Source: the human T2T-CHM13v2.0 reference genome, Homo sapiens. Taken from it: a stretch of 64,000 nucleotides of DNA. The notes below the pieces were generated by a model. The model was not told the origin of the DNA, made no database searches, and saw only the letters and a program-made list of their open reading frames with translations. The position numbers and the translations under genes were made by a program. Numbering within the stretch: position 1 is the first letter of the stretch; each line of letters begins with the position of its first letter. Of this stretch, positions 39,086 through 52,431 are shown in pieces. The DNA lies in NCBI RefSeq assembly GCF_009914755.1, contig NC_060925.1, one strand, 5' to 3'.

Positions 39086-39449
39086 GTTCTAGGAAGTTGT
39101 GGTAGGTGTTGTGCAGGTGACAGCACCCTCTACTCAGGTTGATCAACTAGGCTTATCCACATTAATTCCATGACCCAATCAAATGGATAATCTTAGAAGA
39201 TCCTGAAGAATTTCAGGCTCTCGATTCACAATACTTCAGCTGCCACCTGCTTGCCCACTCAGGATCCGGCCTCGCAGCCCAGTTAATGCTGCGTGATTTG
39301 CTGGCTGTGTCCAACCCCCTTTGCTCCCTGCTTCCTGGCCAGTCAGCTTAGCCCTGGAAATGCACACCAGAACCAAGCCTAAAGGAGGAAATCATCACAT
39401 TCAGATGCCTTGCATTATGTAGGTCATGATTCCCTTTCTTATTTTTAAC

Positions 39450-39810
39450 CTCTCCCTAACCACTGATTTCCTTCTCAAAATGCTTTCCTTTGGCCTGGCT
39501 TCCACTTAAAGCTATCTCTCTTTTTTTCCTCTCTCCTTCCCTTAACCAACATAATCACTGACTTGTTCCCAAACCTTCTGCAAGCTGGCATCTGCCCCAT
39601 CACTCAGATAAAACTGTCACTGAGGTCATTAAATTTAATGGGCTCTTCCCAGCCCTCTTCCTCCTCCACCTGGCTGGATCTCATTAGACACAATTGACCA
39701 CCCCTTCCTAGAACCTTTACCTCCCTTTGCTGCTATGATGCACCACTACACACCTGCCCCCCAGCTGCTCCCTCCTTCCCTACCTCCCAGTCCTGGTCTG
39801 TGTCTTTCTT
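39450..39810 (+). mobile_element. L2 fragment
   Basis: ctgccccatcactcagataaaactg...ttagacacaattgaccacccc. Confidence 0.6.
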
Positions 39811-39869
39811 TCTGTGACTCCTCAAGAAACAAAGACCAAGGCAATACCTAAGCAGGAACAATCATCCTG

Positions 39870-40510
39870 TTAGCCTGGGTTAGTGGAAAAGACATAACCT
39901 GAGCTCAAATCTGGATTTGCCACTTACTTGCTGTGTGACTTTAGCAAGTTACTTAGTATCTCTGAGCCCATTTCCCCCAGGGAAAAATAGGGATAAGAAT
40001 GCCCTTCTTTCAGGCTTGTGTTATCAGGCTAGACAACTGCCTAATAAACAACCCCCAAAACCTTAGTGGCTTAACAAATGTAACATTACCATCCAATGAA
40101 GTTGAGCAGGGGCAGGGAAATACCACACAAGATTATAGGGCAATTGGGTCCAGTGGCCCTACATTCCCTAGGGATCAGAATCCTCCACTAGATTTCTGTT
40201 TCCACGGCCTACAAAAAAAAAAAGAGTAAATGAGTATGTGTAGAAGATTGTTCGTGATATTTAGGGGGGGCCGGGCAGCCACAAAAGTGGCATATATTAC
40301 TCCTACCCACATTCCATTGACCAGCACTCAGTCACATGATTCAACCTTACAGCAAGGCATGCTGGGAAATGTAGTTCCAGGAAGAAAAAAGATTTGATGA
40401 ACACATAGTATCCTGTCTACCATATGGTTGCTGTGAAAATGGAAATAATAGAACTAAATCCTGTGGCATTTCTGGAACAGAGTAGGTGTTGAATGAATAG
40501 TCGCCATTAA
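39870..40510 (+). mobile_element. MIR split by an MLT1 LTR (pieces 39870-40017 and 40425-40510)
   Basis: gccacttacttgctgtgtgactttagcaagttactt; resumes ggttgctgtgaaaat...gtaggtgttgaatgaatag. Confidence 0.7.
40018..40422 (-). mobile_element. Old MLT1 (J2/L-type) LTR
   Basis: acaacccccaaaaccttagtggcttaac...acattccattgaccagcactcagtcacatg...gctgggaaatgtagt. Confidence 0.7.
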
Positions 40511-41330
40511 TAAGAAAAAAATTAGAATTTTTTTTTTTAATGTTTGCCAACTTTCCCAAGTGCAGACATCAGCTGAGATAAATAAGAAGACAAAGGGAGC
40601 AGAGACAAAGAGAGAAACAACTGTTGTAAACAGGAATGAAAGTGCAGGCCAGGTTTGGGGAAGCAGGGATAAGCACAGAAGCAGGCAGAGAGTGGGCAGA
40701 GGGCTCACCGGGAATTGAGCACCATGGTACTCAGCACAGCCTCTGCTTTCCCGGCCAGCCCTGGCTCCCACCTGAGCCAGAAGGGGCTTAGAAAGATCTG
40801 AGTTTCCTTGGAAACCATTTTTCTGGCCCTCTCTGCACGTTATCAGCCAAGTTGGTTGTAATCAAACCCCCACGGGGCAGAGAATGAGCTCTCAAACTGC
40901 AGTCCTGGGGTTCTATCCAAATTGCTTGCATTTCCTATTTAAATTGGTAATTTCCCCATGAGTGTACCCCCTGCCCATCCACAGATTTGTTGGGAAGGGG
41001 AAGCTCTGGACGTACTACCCACCCCCCACCATCACCTCCTGCCCCTGACACAGCACAGGGGCCTTGGGAGTGCCTCCAAACAGCCCGGAGTCCTCTGCCA
41101 AAGCTGAAGGCCTCTGGCAAGCCCAGGCCTCCAGAACAGCCAGGTCAGAAGCTCCTCCCTCAGGCCCCCCTGTCCCACTAAAGACAATGGCCTGGACATG
41201 AGCAGGAGAGGAGGAGGACCTACACAGGCCACAGTAGGCGAGTCCTGAATAGTTGGCATCATTGCCAGACTAAATGTGGGGGTGTGGACTTCCTCTTGTA
41301 CCTTTTGCAGGTACACCCTTTCCAAAGTGA

Positions 41331-41700
<370 letters not shown>

Positions 41701-43389
41701 AGATAATCTTGAAGTACTGACAGCCAAGGCTGCAGGACTAGGGAACAGCTGGGGAAGTCTCAGAATGTTAGGCAGAAAGATCCCAGAAGTTCAGAGGGGC
41801 ACTCACCTTGACTCCCTCTGTCACAAGCCAGCCCTGACCACAGTGTAACTACAAAAAGGGAGAGTGGGCCCATGTCCCCTTTCCTTTCAGAATGGGCAGA
41901 AGATTCACATCAGACATGGTCAAATACTCCCAGACACACACTTAGCCATATTATACACATGTACACGTGCATACATACATATTAGAGAGGTTTGTGCGTG
42001 TGCGTAGACACATACCTGTGTACTTGAGGACATGCAATGTCATTCATACTGATCCCCCTCCTAGCATCCCAGCAATGTTCATGATGTATCTGGGCATATT
42101 CACAAACACGCTTCAGAACTGGGCTGAGAACTCAGTGCACGCCTGCACGGGACAGCCTCAAGGAACATATGTGCATGCTGACACAAGTCCAGCTGGCCGT
42201 CCTGGCATGATCACTGACTGACACATGTACTCAGACACACACATATAAGACTGAGGAAAAGGCAGAACCAGGCTGGGAGATGGACCCTGCTTTGCAGGTG
42301 GCTAAGTAGGGAGCAGCGTGTATTCCAAATTACTAGACAGCTCCAAGGAGATGAGGCCAAATTGGGTCTAATCCGAGGCTGCATCTGGAGTCCAGTCTGG
42401 ACAGTAATTCATGTAGTGTCTTCATGGGTGGGGTTAGGGCCTTCATGGGGGAAGTAGGCTCCCAGACTGCAGTGGAAAACACAGACCAGGAGCAGCCCGT
42501 GGAAGAGGCCTTACTCCCAAAGGGGAAGCTGGATGTCAGGTTCTTATCCCAGTGCAGAAGACTAGGTAAAATCAGGAACCAGCCACTGGCCTGGGAACCT
42601 ACAGTGAGGGGAGAGACCAGGCTGATGGGCTCTGGGTGTCCATAGCTCCCCAGCTCTCAGATCCTGTATTCAGGGAGACACAACTGGTACCAGGCCCACC
42701 CTCTGCCATGCTGGCTCCCCTCTCAGAGCCAGGCTAGGTCAGGAAGAGCTCAGGGACTTGGTAGGCAGAGCCTGGTGGCAGAGGACTATCAGTATCTATA
42801 GCAGAAGGGACTGAGGAAAGACAGGTCAGACACCCCAACTCCTGAGCCAGCCAGAACCTAGAATCTATTGTTCCCGCTGTTGCCAGGAAAACAACTGGAA
42901 GACTCAATCTCCACCTCCAGAACCTGCCTTCAGCCCCCTACCTCCACCCCAGCTGTAAGGGTCTTGGTCAGTCATATTCTGAGTTCAAGAGTCCTTCATC
43001 TCCCTTCCCACTGCAGTGAAGCCAGGAGCTGGGCTGTGCAACTGAGAGGAGTGGGGAGCAGGTATTCGGTTCTGATGCCCAGAGTGGCTGTCCCCACCAT
43101 TTCTCCTTCTGCCCCAGCACTGAAAAGAATCCTGCAGAGCTTCACAGCCTGTCTGCTCCTTTCTAAACAGACAGGTGTAAGAGAGCTGAGAACTCCAGTG
43201 AAGCAGGCACAGCCAGCTGTCTGCAGCTGCAGCTTTCCACATTTCCTAGCAGAGTCAGCTGCGGAAGGAGAGACAGGAAGGGTGAAATTTCTAATCACTT
43301 GGAGTTTCCCTACCACCCAGCAGCTCTCTCTCTCTCTCTCCTTCCCTCCCTCCCTTCGTGTATGCTGCTCTGTATGTCTGGTGTCCTTC

Positions 43390-43680
43390 TACCTCCTTGT
43401 CTCCTGGAAGACTCTTATTTAACTTTCAAAACCCTGTTCAGGTATCCCCACTGCTTTGAAATCTTTCCCTAGCACTCCCTCTGTTTGACTAATTATTTAC
43501 TCCTTTCTCCAGGCTACCTGCATTTATAGCTTGTGTTGTGATTATCTGTTCATACCAGGATAATCAGGGATGCCTGGGATGCCGGGATGCCTGACTTCTC
43601 CACTTGACTGTGAGCTCCTTGAAGGTAGGAGCTTGGTGACACTTGTCTCTGTACCCCAGCACCACTACAGGGTTTCAGAG
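43390..43680 (+). mobile_element. L2 3' region
   Basis: gactgtgagctccttgaaggtagg...tctctgtaccccagcac. Confidence 0.7.
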
Positions 43681-43694
43681 AACACGTCGAGGAG

Positions 43695-43935
43695 AAGGAG
43701 TGTGATATAGCAGTTAAAAGCATGGGCTCTGGAATAAGCCAGACCTGAGTTTGAACCCCAGGTCTGCCTCTTCTAGCTGTGGGAGTTGGACATATTGTTT
43801 CAGCTCTCTAAGCCTCAGTTGTTCCAAATATGACATGGGAAGAATAGTAATGACTGTCTCATGGATTGTCATGAGTAATCAATGATACAATGAATATGGA
43901 GAGGTTAGCCCAGTACTGGGCACATTAATAGCCTT
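43695..43935 (+). mobile_element. MIR, near full length
   Basis: gcagttaaaagcatgggctctgg...agacctgagtttgaaccc...ctctaagcctcagtt. Confidence 0.8.
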
Positions 43936-44119
43936 TCTTATCATCCCACCAGCATCTGGGCTGTCGATTCTATGTTGAGTCATCATAGTGACTCCATATA
44001 GCCCGTACCCCTGGAAATCTCACCAGCAAATGAATAATGACAATCAACAATGATGAGTTCCATGACAAAACTCTGGGGCCCTGGGAGCCTAGAGAAGGAA
44101 CCACTAACTTCAGTGGCCA

Positions 44120-44240
44120 TGCGATCTAGTGGTTAAGTGTATTGGCTTTGGTGTCAGGAAGTTCCAAGTTCAAATCCTAGCTGAGACTCTAACTAGCTGT
44201 GTGAACTTAGGTTAAGTTATTTAAACACTCAGAAACTCTG
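44120..44240 (+). mobile_element. MIR 5' part
   Basis: tagtggttaagtgtattggctttggtgtcag...ttcaaatcctagct...tagctgtgtgaactt. Confidence 0.7.
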
Positions 44241-45699
44241 AAATGTGATGGAAATTTAATAACACAAAGATATAAATAATACAAATTTGACAAAAAATCA
44301 AATTTGTCAGGGGATAAGCAAGGAAGACTTCCCAGAAAACGTGACGTCAGGCCTTAATGAATGAATAGAAGTTTTCTAGGTGAAGAGTGGAAGCGAGGGC
44401 TTTTCCAGCAGGAGCAGCACTTTCAAAAGCTGGTGAATCCAAAGGACAATGAGATGTTTAATGATCCCAGATCCCGTGTATGAGGGGGAAGTGTCTGAAG
44501 AAGGCCCACAAAGAGAGACAAGGGCCTTGCTCAGTGGTTCCTGGCATACACTTCCAACGACCTCTGAGTCCCTCTTCTGGAATGTGCCTGGTACATACTT
44601 AGAGGCTCAATAAATATTTGTAGGAAAAACAAATAAATAAGTGGCAGTGTCTCCTGCACCCTGTTCTCCTTGCTCTACCCGCCCACCCAGTCACTCGTCT
44701 CCCATTGATCCCTGGGACTCTAAGGAGCACAGGCCAAAATGATTGCAATTCACTTCCTCCTAGTTAAGCTCCATGGCCAAGAAACTTGCACCAAAGCTAA
44801 ACCCACCAATGGGCCTGATATCAGAACGACTCCTGAGCTCTGCAGCTCGCAGAATAGAAATGTATTCCTTCTGATCCCTATCCAGTCTCCCGATAAGCCC
44901 AGCATGCCACATCTTAATATTCCTCCTGCTAAGGTGCCCGAAGTTCTCTCAGATGTCTGCTTCTAGCCTGCTAGTCTTTGAACTTGAGACATTCTAAACA
45001 CCCAGTAGTTGACTTCATAATTCGGTGAGACTTGAAAGCAGCCCAGGCAGCGGTCAGCCAGGTCTCCCATGCAGAAAATCCGGATGGCCTGGGTTTGCTC
45101 CTCTCCAGGGATCCTCTCCAGGGATGGCTGCTGGAATCAAAGAGTTTGGGATCACAGCAAATTCATTTGCAGCCACAGCAGAATCCTGTTAGGAGGCTGT
45201 CCTGGGGATAGGAGGCAGGGGATGGGAGAGAACTCACCTATGTCTCTATCAGAAGAGGAGTCCTTGGATATTTAATAATCAGCTCTGCTTGGCTTAGCAC
45301 TATCAGAGCCTGGAATCAGGCTTCTATCACAAGGTCCCATGGCCTCAGTACAATACTAGAGATAGGCCAACTCTCCTGCCCTCTGGCAGAGAACAAATTC
45401 CTGCTGTTCAAGCTTTCATCAGTCCCTACTGCCCCTGTGCCCTGCCATGACCCTGCTTTGGCTCCTGGAAAGATGGAGGTGCTACAGGAGGGCCCCAGTT
45501 TCCCTCCTCTCCACAACTCCCCACATCCTCACCTCCATCTCAGAGAGAGGAAGGGCCCCTCCTTTCATCCAAGCCCAAGCCTACAGCTGAGTTCCCACGC
45601 CCTCTGCATCCTCGAGGATCTGCACATAAAACCTCTCCCTTGACCTCCAGCAACAAACAGGCTCCAGGTGCCTCCAGGCTAAAGGTGGCCTTCCCAGGA

Positions 45700-45920
45700 T
45701 GGAATTAGATCTGGATTCAAGTTCAGGCTCCATCACCTACCAGCTGTATTCACCTTGAGCCAGTCATTCCATCTCTGTATTTCAGCCTCTACATCTGTGA
45801 AGTGGAAATAACAGCCACTAACTCAGACGAAGGGTCACTGTGAAATGAGATGCTGATGCCTGGCAAGGCTTAGCACGCTGCCTGCCCCTTCATCACTCAA
45901 GGAAATTTAGTCATTAGTAT
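45700..45920 (+). mobile_element. MIR
   Basis: ctggattcaagttcaggctcc...catctgtgaagtggaaataaca. Confidence 0.65.
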
Positions 45921-45986
45921 AAATATGCGCTCACTGTCCCATCAAGCTAGTGGCCTACCTCTCTTTCCTACACTACCAGGCTTCTT

Positions 45987-46410
45987 TATTTTTTTAATTT
46001 TACTTTAAGTTCTGGGATACATGTGCTGAACGTGCAGGTTTGTTACATACGTATACATGTGCCATGGTGGTTTGCTGTACCCGTCATCAACCCATCATCT
46101 AGGTTTTAAGTCCCACATGCATTACGTATTTGTCCTAATGCTCTCCCTTCCCTTCTCCCCACCCCCCGACAGGCCCCAGTATGTGATGTTCCCCTCCCTG
46201 TGTCCATTTGTTCTCATTGTTCACCTCCCACTTATGAGTGAGAACACGCAGTGTTTGGTTTTCTGTTCCTGTGTTAGTTTGCTGAGAATGATGGTTTCCA
46301 GCTTCATCCATGTCCCTGCAAAGGACATGAACTCATTCTTTTTTATGGCTGCATAGTATTCCAAGTTGTATATGTGCCACATTTTCTTTATCCAGTGTAT
46401 CATTGATGGG
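45987..46410 (-). mobile_element. 5'-truncated L1PA (L1PA8-like) 3' end
   Basis: ttttaagtcccacatgcattacgtatttgtcctaatgctctccc; ORF2 C-terminal peptide WIKKMWHIYNLEYYAAIKKNEFMSFAGTWMKLE; exact 14-bp TSD ctaccaggcttctt at 45973-45986 and 46411-46424. Confidence 0.95.
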
Positions 46411-46661
46411 CTACCAGGCTTCTTATGAAGCACTCACCCCTCCTTAGCCCATTTCAAACTGGACCCTGACCTCATGCCTCTCACCCAGTCACCAGTGAGC
46501 TCAATAACCTAATTCCATGGCTTCCCCCCTCCCCAGCTTCCAACTAAGGCATTCAGTGCTGATGCCCGCCTGTTTTTTAACTCAAATTCCCTCCTCAGGC
46601 CTTCACAGCTCACTCTCCTGGTTCTTCTCTCTTTAGGAACATGCCCTCTTCACATCCTTTT

Positions 46662-46805
46662 CAGTCCTAGATCAATTCCTACACACTAGAATCACCTAGG
46701 GAGCTTCAAACGACAAATGTGCAGCCACGCCCTCCAGCAAGTCTCAATGTGTTGGTCTTTGGGAGGCCCGAGCATTCTGAAGTGCGGCTGGGTTTGAGAA
46801 CTGCA
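46662..46805. mobile_element. MER5-family fragment
   Basis: cactagaatcacctagggagctt...gggtttgagaactgc. Confidence 0.55.
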
Positions 46806-46839
46806 GCCCTGAATGGAAAAGATGCCCTTGGCCTTTGTG

Positions 46840-47250
46840 TTCCTTAAGATTATGTTCTGCCATACAGGAAAAAAAAAACAAACAAAAAAAGTAATAGTGG
46901 CTTACATAAGACAGATGTTCATGTGTCTTGCAGGTATGGAATCTGGAGGTCCAGATTAGTTCGGCAGCTCCACAGTCATCAGGAACCCAGGTTTCTACTG
47001 CCTCGTGGCACAAAACGGCTGCTGGAGCCTCACAGCCTCATTCCAGCCTGCAGGAAGGAAAAGGGAGCACGGAGGGACAAAGGTAGGTGAGAACCACTCT
47101 CCCACACTTCCCACTACTCACAACTTAACACATAGCCACACCCAGCTCTGTGGGTGGATGAGAAGCAGAATCTTCATTCCAATGGCTGTGTCTAGCTAAA
47201 ACTCAGGTATTCTGAACACTGAGGAAGAAGAAGAGAGCAGTCTCTGCCGT
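46840..47250 (-). mobile_element. MLT1J-type LTR
   Basis: agtggcttacataagacaga...gtcatcaggaacccagg...cacatagccacacccagct. Confidence 0.65.
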
Positions 47251-47469
47251 GGCCTCTTCTCTCTTTGCACTCTACCACGTGGGACTTCTAAGACCTCAAC
47301 CACTCCACCTGAGTATTTCCCCTCCCCACCCCACTCCACAGGCTCCTCAAATGCATTATTTCCCAAACTGAACTCATCTGACTAGGTCCCATGAGGCAGC
47401 AAGGATTTTGAGATTACTGATCTAGACGGAGTCCTGGCTTTAACACTCAAGCAACCATGGGTACTTGAT

Positions 47470-47610
47470 GCCTTGATGGACTTCAGTTTCCTTATCTGTG
47501 AAATAAGATAAGAACTATATTTTATTCTTGGGAAGATGAAATGATTGGCTTACATATAAACATCTGGTAGAGTGCCTTGTGTATAGCAGGAGCTCAATAC
47601 ATATTGGTTT
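47470..47610 (+). mobile_element. MIR 3' half
   Basis: ttcagtttccttatctgtgaaata...gcaggagctcaatacatatt. Confidence 0.65.
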
Positions 47611-48109
47611 CCTTTTCTTCCTTTTTTCTTTCCTAGTCTAGAGAAACCATTTCCTTTCTTTATGCTGTGCCACCCCCTCTCCCAAACTGATTATATATTG
47701 CCATCAGGCCTTGTGGACAAGACTCCCAGATGTGGCACTAACCATATATTTCTTTGTTAAGAACATATGTAAAATGCGGGGATGGAGAGTGAGAAAAGAA
47801 GAGGGAGAAATTACCTTTACAAAAAAGGAGCTAACCAACCCGGATAGTACGGGAATCTTTCCCCCATGTGCTCTGCACCTCCTCTTTCAGGGGAAATATC
47901 TTTTCTCTCCTTCACTCTTGTGTGATTTTTTTATTATGACTCGTGGCTATAGGTTGGAGGACAGATGCAGTGTTGGTCAAAACCAAAAGTATGGTCAATC
48001 ACACAATTCTCCAGTTTTGGACTGATGCAATTCCCCAATTGTAGACTGACCCTAGGCCCTGGTCACACATCAGCCTAGACCCCAGTCACAGGAAGATGGA
48101 ACCTTCCTA

Positions 48110-48222
48110 CAGCTTTGCTACCCAAAGTGCAGGACCCAGCAGCATCTGAATCACCTGGAAGCTTGTTAGACATGAAGAATCCCAGGCCCCACCTGAGAAG
48201 CAGTACATTGAAGTCTGCACTA
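48110..48222. mobile_element. MER5A fragment
   Basis: ggacccagcagcatctgaatcacctggaagcttgttaga...caggccccacc. Confidence 0.7.
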
Positions 48223-48899
48223 ATGTCTTTAAAAAGACATTGTGTGTCTTGTGTATAGATAGAACCATGCCCCATTTGCACCTCCAGATTTTATCTCCTC
48301 TTCCTCCAGGAGAGAAATAATTCGACACAAATGGAGGATTTTTTTCATTGCATCTCTCTTTTCCTCTCCCTTGCTTTCCCCAGGAACTGAGCATTTATTA
48401 TACAAGGTAACCCCTGGTGTCCTCAGCAGCACTCCAAGATCCTATCCTCTCCTTACTCCAGCCATAACTTACTCCATCACTGAGCCAGTTTCCTGCAATG
48501 GTCCTGCCTGGCAATGGGCACAGTTGTGGAATCTTTTAATGCTATATCCTTACTTGAATGATATGTTGCAAGTGTATTGAGCACGTTGGAAAGGAAGTGT
48601 GTAAAACACCTAGAAGAGGACCTAAAACATAGAAGACAGCCAATAAGTGGCAGCTGTTATTACCAGCTGTGTGACCTTGACCATCACTACATGTATCAGA
48701 GCCTCAGCTTCATCACCAGTTCCCGACACCTACCATGACGCAGAGCTGGTCTCATGTTGTGACTTCAATCTGATTCTCAGTTCAGTGGAAGGAGAAATCA
48801 TCAAACAGGATTGGCCCGTGAAAAGAGGAGATTACAGGCAGGGAGATGAGCCCAGATACAAGAACAGGTAAATCCAGAATATATTTGAGCAGTTAGGAG

Positions 48900-49385
48900 G
48901 AAACCAGTTGGCAGCATCAGGACACATGCAGGAGAGAAATGGATGAGGCAGACAGAAGGATGCTGGAGACCAATGGTGGGCCTTGAAGGCCAAACTAAGA
49001 AGTTTGGATTTTATGCTGAAAGTGAAAGGGAACCGATGGGGGTTTTAGATGTGAAGTTGAAGGATGGCACAAAGTGCAGAAAGAGGACTACGCTAGGGCA
49101 CTGGAGTGGTGATAGAATAAACATGGCCAATTGGATGAGAGAAGGAGGAAGATGGAGAATGAATCTGACAATGACTATGATGACATCAGTGACAGACAAA
49201 GCAGCCCAGAGATGGAACTGTTTGCAAGTGGAAAGTTAACATTTTTGTATTAGAACTCCATTCCTTCATCCAATCAATATGTCTTGAGTATCTGTGTTAA
49301 GCACTGCATGGGACTCTGGTTATATTATGGTTTGCCAAACAGACATAGTTCTTGCCCTTATGGGAGGTATGCCTTGGTGAGAGGA
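48900..49385 (-). mobile_element. L2 fragments
   Basis: ggccttgaaggccaaactaagaagtttggattttat; cattccttcatccaatcaatatgtcttgagtatct. Confidence 0.6.
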
Positions 49386-50659
49386 AGATACCAAGAGACA
49401 TCCAGGAGACAATTCAGAGAATAGTCAGGGCTGGATACGGCTTGGGGGCCATCTCCCAAATGCCCCAGACACATTTCAGAAAGTGTCAAGAGCTGGAAAA
49501 ATTATGAGAAGCTTTCTTCAAGGCTCAGACTTCAACCCTTCGTTTCCCACAATACCCAGCCAAGGCCAAGGTCCCTCTGCAGGGCTTTTTTCCAAGGTGA
49601 CCGTGGGAGGGACAGCTCCCTTGGAGATGGATACCTGGCCCAATGTTCAGGGGCTCTGGCTTCTTGATTACCTGCTGGAGGGGAGTCTTGTGATTGCAGT
49701 CATCTGATTAGGGATTCCTGCATTCATCGGAGCTGAGCAGAGACACACGCCAAAGAATCTGGGCCAGGTGGAGTAGTTCTTAGCTATCTGGTGATACAGG
49801 TGAGGTGTTTCTTCAGCACTGCCCCACGGATTCCCAGGCCTTCACGCCCATGCATCCCTCTTTCCACTGCACTTTCTGTTCCCCTAAATGCCTCGGGAGC
49901 TCCCACTGTGCCAACTGACAGCAACTTTCTTCACCCTCCTAAACTCAGACTTTTATCTCCTCTCTACACTCCCTCTAGCCTCTGCCTTCCAGCTGCCCAG
50001 ACTCACTGCACACATACACACACTCCTGGCCCCTGTAAGCCCAATTAAGCAAACGAATCCACAGTTAATTTAATACTGAGCACTTAGCAGAAGGATACAT
50101 CACTGGTGGTAGATTGCGTGAGTGATACTGTGGAATTACATTTTTGTGTGCTTCAATTGTGTGGGTACACTTTAAAATTCACTGTGGCTTTTCCGTGGTC
50201 AATGGGTAATAGATATAAAATTCAAAGAATAATATAACTAGTATAAATGACACAGAAGTTTGAGGCTGTAGCTCTCTTTTTCTGAGATAGGGTTGTTAGA
50301 ACTGCTGTCTCCTGGTACTCATTCCTTGGGCAGGAAGCAATTCCCAGGTAACAGCACCCCAGCGTAGAAAGATGATCTTCTCCATTACCATCTGCTCTGT
50401 GATGTGGTTTCCAGGAATACACTGTGTGGGGTGGTGGGGGGACTCCCTTTCTTCCAAAACCTACTCACTGGTGATTTTGTCAGCCTGGACCAAAAGCCTT
50501 AAAAATATGCATTTTCTTTGACTCTACAATTCTACTTTCGGAAACAAGTTCTAAGGAAAACGTATGTGCAAGGATGTTTGTGAAGCACCATTTAAAATAG
50601 CTACACATAAAAATGGAAAGAACCGAGATGCAATATACACACAGTGCAATTCTATGCAG

Positions 50660-51227
50660 GTTATTTACCCAATGTCTCTCAGCTCACATCTACCCTTTTG
50701 TATTCTGCTCTTGCTGAGGCCAGGACTCTGAACACAACCCTTCCCAGACTCCAGGACCAGCTGGCTTCCTGTTAGGTTCCCACAACGAAAGGCACTCGAG
50801 GAAGATTGGAAGGCAAGATGAGGAGAGAAGGGACTTGGTTCCTGTTTCTTCCTTTCCTGCCAGCATCACTCCAGCAGCAGCAGTTGGCTCCAGCCCCTAC
50901 TTTCTTGATGTACTCCCAAACCCAGCCTCACCACAATCCTTCCATATACCAATAGCAGCCACATACCATTCCTAGGTCTCAGCACCAGCTCTGCAGGACC
51001 GCAGGACCCATACTCTGAGCTCCTAGGTCCTGGTTCCCAAACTTCTTTTATTCCTCTAGCCCTCAGGTTGGTACCTGCTTCCTGCAGTTATTATCTCTGA
51101 GTTACCTCTGTGTTCCCTTTTGGCCCTATCAGCTCTCCAACATCTATGTAGGCAATTTCCTGTATTAAAGTCACTCTGTTTGAAATACCTTGTGTGGTGT
51201 CTGGTTTTCTGAGTTCTGGCTAATATA
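50660..51227 (+). mobile_element. LTR33-family (ERVL) LTR inserted in L1M
   Basis: ccagctggcttcctgttaggtt...gattggaaggc; cctgtattaaagtcactctgtttgaaatacct. Confidence 0.7.
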
Positions 51228-51229
51228 GA

Positions 51230-51775
51230 TGTCATTTCACCCCAATTGGGTGGAAAAAATTTATAAATGTAACAATATCAAAGTTTGGTTGAGACTCAAA
51301 GAAATTGGAAATTTTATACATTTCTGATGGGATTGTAAATTTACAACCATTTTAGAAAACAACTGGGCAGGCAATAACTAGTAAAATCAAATTGCATACC
51401 CTGCAGTTCTGGTCCTGTGTATGAACACTAAAGAAACCCTTACAGATTACTGAGAAAGAGAGCATCATTCCTTATTTTTTCTAACGAAGGAAATGAATGA
51501 TTCAATTGTGGTACACTCATATAAGGGAATACTACTACATCGTGGTTAAAAATGAATAAATGAAAGTTACCTACAGCAACATGGATAAAACCGAGAAGCA
51601 TAATTTTGAGTAAAGAAAGTATCCTGCAAAAGGTTGTGTACAGTATGGTGTCGTTTACATATACGTTTAAACATACAAAGCAATACTATATATTGTTAAT
51701 GAATATACTTGAATATAGTAAAAGTGCACACCATAAATGGCAAGTTAAATTATTTAGAAGCACTAGCTCTAGATG
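51230..51775 (+). mobile_element. Old L1ME 3' fragments
   Basis: catttcaccccaattggg...tttacaaccattttagaaaac...caacatggataaa. Confidence 0.65.
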
Positions 51776-51833
51776 ATGGTGACTCAGGAGTCAGGAAAGA
51801 AAATGGAATCAGATAAGGAGGAATCAAAGGAAG

Positions 51834-51978
51834 CCTCTTTCTTTCCTTTCTTCCTTCCTTCCTTCCTTCCTTCTTTCTTTCTTTCTTTCCTTCCTTCCCT
51901 CCCTTCCCCTTCCTTCCTTCCTTCCTTCCTTCCTTTCTTTCTTTCTTTCTTTCTTCTTTCTTTCTTTCTTTCTTTCTT
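51834..51978. repeat. 145-nt pure pyrimidine compound microsatellite (CTTC/CTTT)n
   Basis: Only C and T from 51834 to 51978; occupies the tail position of the adjacent Alu. Confidence 0.95.
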
Positions 51979-52123
51979 GACAGAGTCTTGCTCTGTCACC
52001 CAGGCTGGAGTACAGTGGCATGATCTTGGCTCACTGCAACCTCCACCTCCTGGGTTCAAGCGATTCTCCTGTCTCCTGTCTCCTGAGTAGCTGGGATTAC
52101 AGGTGCCTGCCACCATGCCCAGC
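51979..52123 (-). mobile_element. Alu right monomer (5'-truncated AluS)
   Basis: gacagagtcttgctctgtcacccaggctgg...ccaccatgcccagcc. Confidence 0.9.
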
Positions 52124-52393
52124 CTGGCTTTATTTCTTAAGCTTGGTGGTAAGTACTATTAAAATGAGGGTCTGGAAAGCAAGGGCTTAGAGAAAGGAAG
52201 AAAGAAATAAGAATCTATGTTTAAAAGAATGGAAAAAGTGGGAGCCAGTTGGCATATCATGCCTAGATGTCTAATAAAATTATTATGTAAAAATATGATT
52301 TATCGACATGAAGAGGTGTTAACAATATATTAAGTAAAAATTAAGGATACAACATAGTATGTATTTCATTACCCCTTTTTTATAAGATACAAC

Positions 52394-52431
52394 GTGTGTG
52401 TGTTGTGTGTGTGTGTGTGAGTGTGTGTGTG
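52394..52431. repeat. Interrupted (TG)n microsatellite
   Basis: gtgtgtgtgttgtgtgtgtgtgtgtgagtgtgtgtgtg. Confidence 0.9.

Noticed and set aside
42868-43422. 184-aa ORF with overlapping antisense ORFs
   Set aside because: TTG start, no recognisable homology, and it ends in a CT repeat and L2.
46221-46433. L1 ORF2 C-terminal peptide as a CDS
   Set aside because: Part of a 5'-truncated L1PA copy; non-functional.
51773-52116. Lys/Glu/Arg-rich and Phe/Leu/Ser-rich ORFs
   Set aside because: Translations of the (CTTC/CTTT)n tract plus Alu.
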